In this document: positions 1-12,413 of the stretch, piece after piece
Layout of the letters: every line of letters begins with the position of its first letter
How positions within the stretch are numbered: the first letter of the stretch is position 1
Source: Mobula hypostoma
Lineage: Eukaryota
Direction of reading: 5' to 3'
DNA length: 64,000 bases
NCBI RefSeq assembly: GCF_963921235.1
Contig: NC_086109.1
Span: 17,424,001-17,488,000, forward strand
Notes under the pieces: generated by a model
What the model was told of the DNA's origin: nothing
Seen by the model: only the letters and a program-made list of their open reading frames with translations
Database searches by the model: none
Made by a program: the position numbers and the translations under genes

Positions 1-689
1 AGGTGTAATATCTCTATTCTGGTATCATCCTTGTAAACCTTTCTAGCCTGGATTGCAAAAAACTCTGTTCATAATAAACACAAATAGAAAATCGAATAAA
101 ACCTTGCAGATGCTGGAAAGCTAAAATAAAAACACTCCAGGGTTAGAAATATTTGGTGGGTCAGGTAGTGTCTCTCCATTAATGCTGCTAAACATGCTGA
201 GTATTTTGATACTTTCTGCTGAGTCCAAATGGATTTTTCCTCTTGATAAAAATCAGACTATTTTTCCCTTTGATGTCTGATAATGGCAGTGATTAAATTA
301 CAATGTAGTGAGTCAATTGAGATGATGGATGATAATTTGTGTAACAACTGAAAGTTAATACTGGATCCTTATTTGCAAATTTGTGAGCGGACTACCCAAA
401 TATGAGCATATAACTGACAGGAAGGCTCTGTGGTCATTTGTTATGGTAGACAGTAAATGTGTAACAGTGAGTTAGAACTGAGAGTCGGAACGAGTGCATA
501 TTAAGAGTGATTTATGACACGAGTTGAATTATTTATGCATTTAGGAAAAACAGACAAATCATGTCCTCAATGAGAGATTTGCATGTGATGAGGGATGGGC
601 TTTTGGTTGTTTTGACCTTCTTCCCAACTGCAAAGGAATACGACACGGATCTCTGATGAACATCTCCTTGTCACGATGGGAAATGTTTG

Positions 690-1050
690 TGAGTTCCAAA
701 GGTCCCGAGAGTGATACCGCCTGCAGTTTAGCCATCTGGTGATTAGCTCCTGGTAGAGTCACTCATGGTGGTAAGGTCAAGGGGAAGGTTCCAATTAAAG
801 AGCCATCCAACCAAAACATTAACGGTAGAGTTGGAAAAAGTTGATGACGCAACACAACGGTGGTGAACGTGGAGAATCCCCAGTTGTTTTGTATTTTATA
901 TCACGGGACCCTGACCCTGATCTGTCAAGGACCATGTGTGGTGGCTGCCCATGCGTCAGCCTCCCCACGTTAAGCAAAGTCGCGCATGGGCACTCTCCAT
1001 CAAGGAGCAACCCTGGAGGAGAACTTCATTCTTGACTCGAGTGATTCTAC
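690..1050 (+). mobile_element. RTE-related non-autonomous element (5'UTR-like head plus RTE-like 3' tail)
   Basis: Head tagctcctggtagagtcactcatggtggtaaggtcaaggggaaggttcc resembles RTE/Expander 5'UTRs. Tail aaccctggaggagaac...gactcgagtgat matches the 3' end of the RTE fragment at ~25065-25100 (aaccctcaggagaat...actcgagtgat). Confidence 0.45.
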
Positions 1051-1884
1051 ACAGAATCACTGCACAGAAAGGATGCGGGGGGGGGGGCATAAAAAAAATA
1101 CTGCAGTTGACTGAGAAATCACTCCGTCTATGTACCAAAGGGTTTTATTTCTACACATACATTAAAATCATTCCCTTGTGGCCCCAAATGTTACTGGCAT
1201 ACGTCTCCTTCTCATAGTCACTTCTGCCTCTATTCTCATGCAAGGCATGTCTACCCTGTCAATTCTTTAAAAGCCTCTTTTAAGTCACAATCCTTTAAAA
1301 AAAAAGACCCCAGTTCATCTAGTGTTTCCACCATGCAAACCTCTCTGTTCTGATATCATACCTAAAAATGTTCTCTGGAATCCGCTCAGTATCCTTCTAG
1401 CCTGTGAAGAGCACAATTTACATATTAATCTAAATTCCACGCACATTTAACATAATTTCTCTGTTTTTTCAAGTTTTCAAATTTCTCTGGAATTTCTGGA
1501 AATGAACCCCACTGTCATATTCTTTTTAATGTTCCCATTCAGAACAATTCTGTAGTTTATGATTTTAGATGCTGTTGTTCCTCCAGCTTTTTTTTAACCC
1601 GTATTTTCAGCAGACTGAGTGACATCCTAATAAAGGTCATGTGGGTTAAGTTTTAAGTGGGGCCAGTTCTGTAAAATATGCCATGTATGGCTTTTCCGAT
1701 GTTGTAACATTGAATCCAAGTCTAAATTCAGACAGTCCTGAACAATCACCACCCACCCCGCTTCCCCATCTGGTGAAGATGACCTCCGTGGTTTGGAATG
1801 TCACAGGCTTTAAATTCTCCACGGCTTCCTGTGAAAACCCTTATCAGTGCTGAGTGTGGAGAGCATTACGGGAAGTTGTTGGTC

Positions 1885-2305
1885 AGCCTCTTCCAGAACG
1901 TTATGCAATGCTCGCCATCACCACTCCCAACCCCCCGCCCCGAATTGTGTTCACTTTACTCATGCGAAGTTCAAAAATTCTACAAACACACGCGGCATTA
2001 ATAAATCCACTCAGTGACCAACTTCCCCAAGCAGTAAGGCTGATCAACACCTCCTCCCACTAACTTCACCACTGCTTTCTTACGTGTTTCCAGTCAGTCA
2101 CCATACGTACAGCCTAGCATCACTTTATGGACATACAATCAATATATGTGTATAGCTATCTCATATATTTATATTTATCGTGTTTTTTAATTTAATTTTT
2201 TAAAAAGCTTTTGTAATTTTTTGTGCTGCATCGGATCCAGAATAACAATTATTTTATTCTCCTTTACACTTGTGAGCAGGAAATGACATTAAAACAATCT
2301 TGCAC
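1885..2305 (+). mobile_element. Rex1/Babar-like LINE 3' fragment
   Basis: Degenerate ORF end ...PQAVRLIN, then an AT-rich 3'UTR ending attaaaacaatcttg. Confidence 0.55.
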
Positions 2306-2329
2306 TTGATATCTCTTGTACCAATTCAA

Positions 2330-3145
2330 ATGGTTCAATTTGATATCAGGGTATGTAGTATACAACCTGAAATTCTTACTCTTTGCAGACATCCTCGAAA
2401 CAGAAAACCCCAAAGAATGAATGACAGAAACAAAAGCCCCCTTCCCCCTCCCACGCACTAGAAGCATCAGCCCTCCCCTTCCCCATCCTTGCACCAACAA
2501 AAGCATCAACCCCCACCCCTCCCCTGCCCCACCCCATCATGTAAAAGAGGCCTGGATCTAAAGTCCATCAAAAACTACAGTCCGTAAACCCAGCACGTTG
2601 GTATCTCAGGCAGGCTCTCTCTTGCTAGCGAGGGAGAGAGAGATCGCTCCTGTAGCAACGAGAGCGGAGACCACTAGCTCCCTGTTCCACTGTTACAATC
2701 TTCTGCGTTGCTCCTCTGAGCCGCCCTCAAACTGAGGACTAACGGGCTCTCACTCATCATCAAAAAAGAGAGATAGAGAAAATTGCTGGAGTGCAGGGGC
2801 CGCGTTCCGACAGCAGCACACACCGCCTGCTGTCCCCATGTTTCACTCCCCCGCAACGCTTTGGTCGGTGAAATCGGTGAGGAATTGAGCCCCCCACCCC
2901 TACCCCGAAGGTGTGCTGGAGGCTGCTCCTGGAGATATTGAAACGCCAGGCTGCATGGCCAGTCCAAGAAGGCACTGCTCGCTGAGAGTCGTAGTTTGAG
3001 CTCAGCTGTAGATCACAGACTCTGACAGGACCCCAGCCACCTTGAAACGAAAAGAAAGCCATGAGAAAAGAAGAATAAGCTCTTTTGTATATGAACTGGA
3101 AGAAGTCACCTGGGTCTACAAAAACCTCTGGCGCCGTGTTTTCTA
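2330..3145 (-). mobile_element. Probable non-autonomous retroposon with GC-rich body
   Basis: On the minus strand it starts gaaaacacggcgccag, has a CpG-rich interior, and ends in a LINE-like tail (tcaaattgaaccatttgaattg). No coding similarity recognised. Confidence 0.35.
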
Positions 3146-3189
3146 GCTCCTCCCCTCCTTGCCACGGTTATAATGTGTGGTCATTTGAC

Positions 3190-3566
3190 ATACTGTCACC
3201 TTGAACAAGTCTGGCCATTCTCCTCTGACGTCTCTCATTAACAATGTATTGTCGCCCACAGAGCTGCCGCTTCTTGGATGTATCTTTTATTTCTTGCACT
3301 GTCGGCTGTATACTCTAGAGGTTGTTGTGCATGAAACGCCAGCAGATCTGCTGTTTCTGAGGTACTCAAGGCACCCCGTCTGGCACCAAAAATCATTCCA
3401 TGGTCAAAGATCACCTTTCTTCCCCATTCTGATGTTTGGCCTGAACAACAACTCAAGCTCTTGACCATGTCTCCATACTTCTATGCATCAAGTTGCTGCC
3501 ACATGGTTAGATATTTGCATTCATGAGCAAGTGTACACATACACCTAATAAAGTGGCCACTGTGTA
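3190..3566 (-). mobile_element. Tc1/mariner non-autonomous derivative (partial)
   Basis: TIR-like acctaataaagtggccactgtgta. Minus-strand remnant DHGMIFGARRGALSTSETADLL matches a Tc1 transposase N-terminus. Homologous to 12414-12973. Confidence 0.8.
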
Positions 3567-4253
3567 TGTCCGTGAGATTAATAAGTGATTTGTATTTCAC
3601 TGGGAGCAAAGGAAGAGGAAGAACTATGAAGGCGGATGCTGAATTAATCTGGTTTAACTTGATTAATTATCTTCAGGTACCCAACACTCGTGAATGTTTG
3701 AAAAAGCCTTCTCTGAAAGGGGTATTGCCAAACACAAGAAAAATTCCTAGACTTTCCCATTCAGCGTGTTTACGTACACTGGGTTACAACTGAGTTGGAC
3801 TGTACCTCAGGGTTCTTTCCTTTGGATTTCACTGTGAACTTATGACCTATTTTTAGATGCCTCCAACTGCAGCAACACTAAGACGAACTCTAATGGATTT
3901 TCCTTTGTACTGTCCTACGCTCAGAACAGGCAATCCTTAAATGGATGTTCTGAAGACGCTGTCCGATTTGGTGCGTGGATATTGTACAAGGACTCCACTC
4001 AATCCTCCTGCCCCAGCATACAATTTAAAAACTTGAGCTATTGTAAATAGGTCAGATAGCATCTAGGGAGAGAGGAAAGAAAATAACAGAAGGTCTTTTA
4101 TCAGAACGCCAACTGAAATCCGAGCCTTGTTCTTCCAGATATACTGGGAACCTGTGGGGCAACATAAATCGTGCAGAGGGTGGTGGGTATATGAAATGAA
4201 TTGCCAGAGGAAGTGGTACACTGATGACATTTACAAAACACTGGGGCAGGGAT

Positions 4254-4537
4254 TTACTCGACAACACACAGCTGTTTGTGGAGGGAACTCATTGCATCTC
4301 CCAATGGACCTGCTGCAGGAGAAATCTCTCTCCAATCTCCTCCACGGATAACCCATGCTGGCTTCATTGCATTCTCTATTGCACCCGTCTGGAGTTTCCA
4401 TACAATGCAATCTGCATTTGGGATTGAATTATGACTGTAGAAGTGCCATTGGATGTCAAATAAGGTCACCACAAGGTCTATATCGCTGGTACCCACAGAA
4501 AGGTCCCATCCATTAGGAAGTGGAATGTTGCTAACTC
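4254..4537 (-). CDS. Candidate terminal coding exon of an unidentified gene: (G)VSNIPLPNGWDLSVGTSDIDLVVTLFDIQWHFYSHNSIPNADCIVWKLQTGAIENAMKPAWVIRGGDWREISPAAGPLGDAMSSLHKQLCVVE*
   Basis: Repeat-free sequence. Acceptor tcactcactatag|GA is phase 1 with a weak pyrimidine tract. The frame opens only 13 nt upstream of the exon start and stays open to TAA. Phase-compatible with 47714-47856. Confidence 0.35.
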
Positions 4538-4889
4538 CTATAGTGAGTGATCACAAGTATTTGAACAATTTTTGTGGGAAGTAGTTATGCCAAAAAAGCT
4601 CATTTCCTGTTGTAGCTAAAAATAGACTTTGACTAGTAAACACCCTTACAGTATAATGTAGCTGCAGACTGCAGCTGAATATTCCAGAATTCCTTCAGTG
4701 GGATTGTGTATTCCTGCTGTCTGCACTGTTCGAGATATGTTCCAGTGTTTAAATTGCTTTCAAACTGGGGCTAATAATGAAAGATCCCTTCCATTTCTCA
4801 CAGGAAAATTATGAAGACTTCAATTCAAAATGAGGTGAGGGAAAAGTTACAAATATATCTTTGTGAAGGTGGCTTATATGAATGTCACT

Positions 4890-4943
4890 CGGACACACAC
4901 ACTGAGACACACAGCCATGGAGATGCAGACAGACAGACAGACA

Positions 4944-4978
<35 letters not shown>

Positions 4979-5345
4979 AGACACTTGGTCAGACAGCCAC
5001 ACACAGAGAAACATGGTCAGATAGACACACACTGAGACACTCAGTCAGACAGACAGACACACAGATGCATGGTCAGATAGACACAGACAGGAAGACACAC
5101 ACAGTGATACACGGTCAGGCAGACATGTACAGAGACACACTGAGACACTCAGATAGACAGACACTGAGACACTCAGTCAGACAGACACAGACACAGAGAT
5201 ACATGGTCATACAGACACGCACAGAGGCAGAGAGACACATTCACATTGAGAAGTTTTCAGACACACATCCACGGAGGTACGCACAGACTGACACACATAC
5301 GCATACACACTGAGACACACCCAGTCAGACTCACTCGAACAGACT
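4890..5345. repeat. Low-complexity CA/GA-rich tract with (CA)n core
   Basis: Repeated gacacac, cagacag and ctgagacac motifs; pure (AC)n at ~4945-4974. Confidence 0.85.
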
Positions 5346-5904
5346 GTGGACTCAGTTCACTGGATGAAGGAAACAATAACTATCATCTCCAGTACTTCTA
5401 CAGTGTAAAATCTTCACTATAAGAGAGGCGTCCATCGCTTCTGCAGAGGAAGAGACGGATAAGAAATTTCCAGAGCATCTTCACAGCCTGAGGACGTGAA
5501 GATTTACTTTTCAGCTGCTACAGTTAGAGCAGGTAATACTGTAATGTAAGGATTGTGCCTTTCAATGTAATGACCTCATGCATATGGCAATAAATTTTGA
5601 CTTTGACTTTGCTAAAAGTTTCAGAACAAGTCAAAAGTTCTGAATAATAATCTTCACCACATGGTCTTGATGCAAAGACTTTCCGTCACAGCGGTGAGAT
5701 ACAGAAAATATTGAAGAATAAACCCGCAACAAAGTGAGTACTTTGTCATGGTCTGGAATAATTGCAGGTAGAATGGCAGCCCTTTAGTCAGTTTTCTTTG
5801 ATAGAATCACAGCTTGGGGCATCAGCTCAGAGGCAGAGGAGGAGAATGAACTGCTGACATTAAGCCAGTCTGATCTCTGCATATTGAGAACACACAGCAG
5901 TTCT

Positions 5905-6860
5905 CATCGAAGGGTCATCAGTGGAAAGGGCGAGCTGCCTTAAGTTTCTAGGTATCAACATCTCAGAAGATCTGTCCTGGGCCCAACACATTTTTTTTTG
6001 CAATTATGAAGAAGTCACGTCAGCAGCCATATTTCATTTAGAGTTTGAAGACATTTAATATGACACTGAAGACTCCAGCACGTTTCTACAGATTTTGAAT
6101 TAAATTGACTTTATTACATCCTTCATATACATGAGGAGGAAAGATTTTTACGTTACGTCTCCGTCTAAATCTGCAATGTACAATTATAGTAATTTATAAT
6201 AAATAGTATGTGCAACAGGACAGTCAATATAACATAGAAATACAGTTGTAACAGCGTGAATTAATCAGTCTGATGCCCTGGCTTTTATGCTGCGGTACCG
6301 TTTCCCGATGGCAGCAGCTGGAACAGTTTGTGGTTGGGGTGATTCAGGTCTCCAACGATCCTTCGGGCCCTTTTTACGCACCTGTCTCGGTAAATGTCCT
6401 GTACCGTGGAGAGCATCCTGACTGGTTGCGCCAACGTCTGGTGTGGAAGCTCCAACGCACAGAGGTTGGAAAAAGCGGCAGGAAGTTGTAAACTCGGCCA
6501 GCTCAATCATGAGCATGAGCCTCCCCAGCACCGAAGACGTCTTCAGAAGGCGATGCCTCAGACAGGCAGCATCCATCATGAAGGACTCTCACCGTCCAGG
6601 ATGTGCCCTCTTCTCATTCTACCATCAGGGAGGAGATACAGGAGCCTGAAGATGCACACTGAACATTCTAGAAACAGCTTCCTCCCCTCTGCCATCCGAT
6701 TTCTGAATGGTCTGTGAAAACGGCTTCACTATTTTGCTCTTCTTGCTCTATTTAGTTTTTATATATTCTTACTTTATTTTTAATGTAAGTACTGCATTAT
6801 ACTGCCTCAATATGACAAATTTCATGATGTGTCAGTGATAATAAGCCTGATTCTGAAATG
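5905..6860 (+). mobile_element. Rex1/Babar-like LINE 3' part, interrupted at 6093-6400
   Basis: The flanks rejoin as ttctacagat|gtaccgtggagagc, i.e. FYRCTVESILTG. ORF end RNSFLPSAIRFLN; tail aataagcctgattctga. Confidence 0.8.
6093..6400 (-). mobile_element. Rex1/Babar-like LINE 3' fragment nested in an older copy
   Basis: Minus peptide QDIYRDRCVKRARRIVGDLNHPNHKLFQLLPSG. Closely similar to the 3' end of 11127-12206, including the aataaagtcaatt tail. Confidence 0.85.
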
Positions 6861-7489
6861 TATTCCAAGCCCAGCACCACAATGTGGTACCTGTGAGGAG
6901 TTGCCAATGATCAAAAGCTGCTGAATTTGAGCATCTTTGAAACAAATATTAACTGCAATTTTCTGCTACAGTAACTGTTACGGTCTCTTCCATGACCACT
7001 ACCCCCACCCCCCATGTCCCTTTGTTAGGTGAGTGCTTCTCATGTGTATTAATTACGGGTTGCCTCCAGGCAAGACTTTGTGCAGTTCAGACTCTCTGTG
7101 ATAAGTGTGGGAATGCAGATGGCTGGCTTTCTCACTCACCTGGACGACAGGCAGAAGCTGAAGAGCTCACAGTGTCTTCCTGCTACTGGAACACACCAGA
7201 CATGGAGTGCTGGGGCTCTGCCATCACTGACTTCAGTCTTCTGTCACAACCTGTGCCTGCCTGATGATCTCCTGTTCCCTGATTCTCTCCGCTATCCAAG
7301 ATGCAGTCTTCCCTTCCCTGATCCTCGCTGACCCTCAAACAACCCATCTGCCCTCCCAGTTGAAGTTAAGTCACCCACAACTAAAAATTTCAGAGGACTC
7401 TCCAACTGGGAATTTGAATATTTTTCCTTCAACCAATACCCGAAATGGTTTACCTGCTAACTATCATGTTGCTGCTGGAGCTTGCTAAA

Positions 7490-7980
7490 AGATGAGGATT
7501 AGCTTTATTTGTCATGCATATCAAAATACATTGATTTATGCCAAAACAAATCTGCAAGGATTGTGCTGGAGTCGCTGGCAAGTGCTGCCACGCTATCTCG
7601 CCAATATCACATGCCCACAACTCAATAACCCTAACCTGAACGGTTTGGAATGTGCTGGAAACTGGAGCATCCAGAAGAACCCCAAACAAGAGAGAATCTG
7701 CAGATGCTGGAAATCCGAGCAACCCACGCAAAATGCTGGAGGAACTCAGCAGGCCAGGCAGCACCTGTGGAAAAATAAGTACAGTTGACATTTTGGCCCG
7801 GAACGTCGACTGTACTTTTTCCCATTGATGCTGTCTGGCCTGCTGAGTTCCTCCAGCACTTTGTGTGTTGCTCAGAAGAAACCCATGTGGTCAAGGGGGA
7901 AAATGGGCAAACTCCTTTAGAGATAGCAGCAGGAATTGTTACCCAGCCTTGCAGCTGACACGGTACACTACCATGCCGCC
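7490..7980 (-). mobile_element. V-SINE/HE1-like SINE split by a Penelope-like insert
   Basis: Reverse-complement SINE motifs (ggaaactggagcatccagaagaa...acccatgtggtca...aaactcctt) lie on both sides of 7684-7872. Confidence 0.6.
7684..7872. mobile_element. Palindromic Penelope-like terminal fragment
   Basis: Inverted arms aaaatgctggaggaactcagcaggccaggcagca... and ...tgctgtctggcctgctgagttcctccagcacttt. Flanked by TSD-like cagaagaa(a)ccc. Shares sequence with the 3' end of 49195-49843. Confidence 0.7.
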
Positions 7981-8229
7981 TAAGTTAACTCCCTAACTCT
8001 TTGCGTTACAATGCCTTCAGTTTTTTATAACATGCAAGGATGTGAAAGGGGCTACAGAAATGCAGGTCAATTAATTGTTCCTTTCTTTGTTTCTTCTATT
8101 CTTCTTGATCCAGGATAAACTGAATTGAAAATCTTTATTCTCCTTTACAAAACCTGTGCCTGCCTTGTGATCCTTCCTCGCTGCCTCGCCAACTGTGCCA
8201 ATAAGCATTGCCTTTTCCTTACTTTGTGT

Positions 8230-8445
8230 TGGGCATGTGGCCAAGTGGTTAAGGCATTCGTCTCGTGATCTGAAGATCGCTAGTTTGAGCCTCAGCTGTG
8301 GCAGCATGTTTGTACCCTTGAGCAAGGCACTTAATCACACATTGCTCTAGTCTGTGCGAGGAGTGGTGCCCCACACAGACTTCCAATCTGCGCCTTGTAA
8401 GGCATGAAAATGCCTGACGCAGGCCTCTCATGGTCTGAGTTGGCA
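8230..8445 (+). mobile_element. tRNA-derived SINE
   Basis: A-box tggccaagtgg and B-box-like agtttgagcc, followed by cccttgagcaaggcacttaa. Confidence 0.7.
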
Positions 8446-8629
8446 TTCCCTCTCTTTCCTTACTCTACCTTCCTATCTGTTCAAGTGAAGCTTATTGTTG
8501 TGTGCACAAGAACGGAGAGGTACAGCTACAATGAAAAGCTTGCAGCCGCGTATCAAGGGGCACGTAGATACAGACAACACACAGAATATGAATGATACTT
8601 AAACTATAAACAAGGCAGTGAAGAGAGAG

Positions 8630-8905
8630 CGAGGGCACGGTTAGGACGAAGCTGTTACAGCTTGGGGCGTTCCGGTGTTTGGAGTTCAATTCCGGTGCCA
8701 TTCTGTAAAGTGTCCTTGTATGTCCTGCACATGAAGTACATGGGTTTTCCCCAGGTTCTCTGATTTCCCCCTGCAGTCCAGGTCTACCGGGAAGGTTATT
8801 TGGTCATTATAAATTGTTCCGTGATTAGGTTGTGGTTAATCGGATTGGTCGGGGGTTCGAAGGGCTGGAAGTGCCAACTTCACAGGGCGTCGCTAAATAA
8901 ATAAA
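8630..8905 (+). mobile_element. V-SINE/HE1-like SINE
   Basis: B-box gttcaattcc, V-domain-like tgggttttccccaggttctctgatttccccc, taaataaataaa tail. Confidence 0.65.
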
Positions 8906-9029
8906 AAGAGGCAGCCACAATCAGAGACAAATCCACGTAGTGCAAGAGATGGTCCGTAGCGTTCTGTTGTCGAGGTAGGATTAGGCTTGTACGGGTTGGT
9001 TCAAGTACCTCATATATCATTCATTTTGT

Positions 9030-9190
9030 ATATTTAAAGTAGTGCTTGATAGGTTCTTGATTAGTAAGGGCATCAAAGGTTACGGGGAGAAGGCAGGAGA
9101 ATGGGGTTGAGAAGGAAAATAAGTCAGCCATGATAGAATGGCGGAGCAGACTCAATGGGCTGAATGGCCCAATTCTGTTCCTATGTCTTA
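9030..9190 (+). mobile_element. CR1-like LINE 3' end
   Basis: gataggttcttgattagt...ggggagaaggcaggagaatgggg...aatggcccaattctgttcctatgtctta; the same tail occurs at 21180-21350. Confidence 0.75.
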
Positions 9191-9450
9191 ACCAAATGGT
9201 TGAAGAAAGTAGTTGCTCCTGAACATGGTAGTGTAGGACTTCAGGCTTCGATCTACACCTCCTGCCCAATGGTAGCCGTGAAAAGATGTGACAGCCCAAA
9301 TGTTGGGAATCCTTGATGATAGATGTTGTTGTCTTGACTCAGCACCTCCTGTGGATGCTGTCAATGGTCTGGAGGGCTGTGCACGTGTTGGATCAGGCTG
9401 TACCCACACTCCCTGCATCTCCTAGCATTTCTGCATGTTGGAGTTGCTGT
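9190..9450 (-). mobile_element. Rex1/Babar-like LINE 3' fragment
   Basis: Minus-strand remnants SLKSYTTMFRSNYF and LPLGRRCRS. Confidence 0.6.
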
Positions 9451-9459
9451 ACTATCATG

Positions 9460-9945
9460 TCTGTGGCCCTCCGCTGAGCGGGATCGACTGTGAATTTTGT
9501 GTCCTACGTGATACACAAGCCAGTATGCAAGCCAGGGCTGTATGGCATGGAGAGCAAGCTGTTGCCCGTGTAGCTCCCCTCTCCACACAGCTGATGAATC
9601 CAAAGGAACAGCAGAGACCGATGCAGTTTGGCATCAGCAGCATCACAGGAGCTGCTGGTCTGTAGGACTGCCTTAGGGACTCCAGCTCCTGAATTTTCCT
9701 CAGAGTTTACTCCCCCATGAGTGGGTGCAGCTGCAAATCAGCAGAGGTTTGAAATCAGAGTTTTCCTTCTAGGTGAGTTGACGAGCCCCAACTGCCCGAA
9801 GCAGTTATTTTTAAGGCACCAGCAACCTGCCTCTGGCCCTACTCCTGTCAGTAGAAATGGTTCCACCAGGGTAAACCACACGTAAAGGCCAGGAGCTGGA
9901 CTCAGTTGTCAGAGACTACTTGAGATGCACGTACCATCACCATTT
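9460..9945 (-). mobile_element. RTE-like non-autonomous element (same family as 27930-28070)
   Basis: 9835-9915 is the reverse complement of 28000-28070 (tctgacaaccaagtccagctcctggcc...ccattctactgacaggag). Family assignment tentative. Confidence 0.45.
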
Positions 9946-10209
9946 CTTACCAATTCTCCATCATCGATGGCAGATGTTAGCTGACCTGCCTCCATCCTCT
10001 GGTACAGGTTCAATAAGGCCTCTGCTTGTTGACCTCCTCCCCTCATCTCTTCAGTCACCTCCTCCAAAGCCTCCTTTTTTCTATGTGATGCACAAGAGCC
10101 AGGGCAGTACGATATAGAGAGCAAGCTTCTGCTGGTTCAGCAGGCTCTCCCTTTCCACACAGCTGAAAACAGGTTTGACCTTTATGGAAACCAACCCATG
10201 TAAATTGCA

Positions 10210-10650
10210 AGGTCACAATGAGGTGGACTGTGAGGTCTTATCATTCTGTGGAAACATTCTTTCAACAGTGGGACAGCAGTTGACCTTGAGCCTGGGGGTA
10301 TGTGCTTTCTGGCTTTTGTATTGTCTTCCTGAGGGGAGAAAGGAGATGGTCCAGAATGGGGCAGGGGGCCTTTGACTATGCTGTCTGCTGTATGGAGTGG
10401 GTGATGAGGCTAAACAGAATTCGTAGAGGGGAGGCTGGTATCCGTGATGTGCTAAACTTGTGCCCACAACTCTCTCCATTTCTTGTGGTCTCAGGCAGAG
10501 CAGCTGCCATACCAAGTTGTGATGCGTCTGGACAAGATGCTCTCTACAGTGCATTGCGAAAAACCCGGTGAGGTCCAAAGGGGCATGAGGAGAATGCCAT
10601 TTTTTTTTTTTAGCTTCTTGGAGAAGTAGAGGCATTGGTGAGTTTTCTAG
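10210..10650 (-). mobile_element. Rex1/Babar-like LINE 3' fragment
   Basis: Degenerate peptide LPSGRQYKSQKAHTPRLK on the minus strand. Confidence 0.65.
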
Positions 10651-10784
10651 ATATCAGGCGCTCTGGATATCCTGCACAGCTGGAGGTGTAACCCTTCTAA
10701 GGATTTAATACTAATACAGCTGAAGAAAACAAGGGCATTTTACAGGTACCCTGTCCAATATTTCATCCTTCAGACAATACTATT

Positions 10785-12320
10785 AGAACACAGAACATCG
10801 AACATCACAGCACAGTACAGGCCCTTCAGCCCACGATGCTGTACCGACATTTTAACCTACTCTAAGCTTAATCTAACCTTTCCTTCATACATAGAACCCA
10901 CATCCACCATTTCTACAGGCAGGTCATTCCACACTCTCACCACACTCCAAGTGTCAAAGTTCCCCCTCATGTTCCCCTTAAACATTTCACCTTTTACCCT
11001 TAACCCATGACCTCCAGTTCTAGTCTCACCTAACCTCAGTGGAAACAGTTTGCTTGCATTTACCCTATCTCTACCCATCATAATTTTGTACACCTCTATC
11101 AAATCTCCCCTCATTCTCCCTGTTCTTGGACCACAGTTCAGCATTCAACACCATAGTTCCATCCAGGCTCGACAAGAAGCTCAGAGACTTTGGCCTTGAC
11201 CCTGCCTTGTGCAGCTGGATCCTGGACTTCCTGTCAGATCGCCAGCAGGTTGTAAGAGTGGGTTCCCTCACCTCCAACCCTCTGACTCTCAATACAGGAG
11301 CCCCTCAGGGCCGCGTACTGAGTCTCCTCATTTACTCCCTGCATACCCATGACTGTATTGCCACCCACAGCTCCAATCTGTTAATTAAATTTGCCGACGA
11401 CATTACATTGTTTGGCCTATCTCAAACAATAACGAGGTGGCCTACAGAGAAGAAGTCATCACCCTGACATAGTGGTGTCAAGAAAACAACCTCTCCCTCA
11501 ATGTCACAAAAACAAAGGAGCTGGTTGTGGACTACAGGAAGAATGGAGATGGGCTAACCCCTATTGACATCAATGGATCTGGGATTGAGAGGGTAAACAG
11601 CTTCAAGTTCCTCAGCATCCACATCGCTGAGGACCTCACGTGGTCTGCACACACCAGCTGTGTGGTGAAAAAGGCACAACAGCGCCTCTTTCGCCTCAGA
11701 CAATTGAGAAAGCTTGGCATGGGCCCCCAAATCCTAAGAACTTTCTACTGGGGCACAATTGAGAGCATCCTGACTGGCTGCATCACTGCCTGGTGTGGGA
11801 ACTGTAATTCCCTCAATCGCAGGACTCTGCAGAGAGTGGTGCGGACAGCCCAGCGCTTCTGTAGTTGTGAACTTCCCATGATTCAGGACATTTACAAGGA
11901 CAGGTGTGTAAAAAGGGCCCGTAGGATCATTGGGGACCCAAGCCACCCCAACCACAATCTATTCCAGCTGCTACCATCTGGGACGAGGTACAAAAGCCAG
12001 GACCAAACGGCTCTGGGACAACTTCTTCCACCAGGCCATCAGACTGATGAACTCATGCTGATTTGCATGTACTCTATATTACATTGACTATTCTATTTAT
12101 TATAAATTACTATGATTGCACATTGCACATTTAGATGGAGATGTAAAATAAAGATTTTTACTCCTCATGTATGTGAAGGATGTAAGAAATAAAGTCAATT
12201 CAATTCCATTTACCTGGGAATGAAGTCTGAACCTATGCAACCTTTCCCTGTAATTCAAGTCCTCAAGTCCTGGCAACATCCTTGTAAATTTTCTCTGCAC
12301 TCTTTCAACCATGTTGATAT
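10785..12320 (-). mobile_element. CR1-like LINE 3' part, split by a Rex-like insertion at 11127-12206
   Basis: RMRGDLIEVYKIM...TGGHGLRVKG (10860-11120) and ERVQRKFTRMLPGL (12210-12312) are consecutive CR1 ORF2 segments. Confidence 0.8.
11127..12206 (+). mobile_element. 5'-truncated Rex1/Babar-like LINE (RT domain to tail)
   Basis: RT motifs SSAFNTI, GAPQG and IKFADD, then KAQQRL...IESILTGCITAW; one frameshift; tail aataaagtcaattcaattc. Confidence 0.9.
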
Positions 12321-12413
12321 CTTCTCACTCTCTTGTGACTATGAATTTATTGAACAGTTGGTTTCGGAGTTTATAAAACACCTCATTGAAAAGTGCAAGC
12401 TGCTCCTTGAGCT

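Noticed and set aside
3858..3971. Symmetric + strand exon-like segment (ASNCSNTKTNSNGFSFVLSYAQNRQSLNGCSEDAVRF)
   Set aside because: Moderate splice sites, no homology, no compatible partner exon; expected by chance.
4460..4500. TSDIDLVV as a nucleotidyltransferase or olfactomedin motif
   Set aside because: The upstream GS motif at the expected spacing and the downstream DExGLW are both missing.
8230..8305. tRNA gene
   Set aside because: A/B boxes are present but no clean cloverleaf is evident, and it continues into a SINE body.
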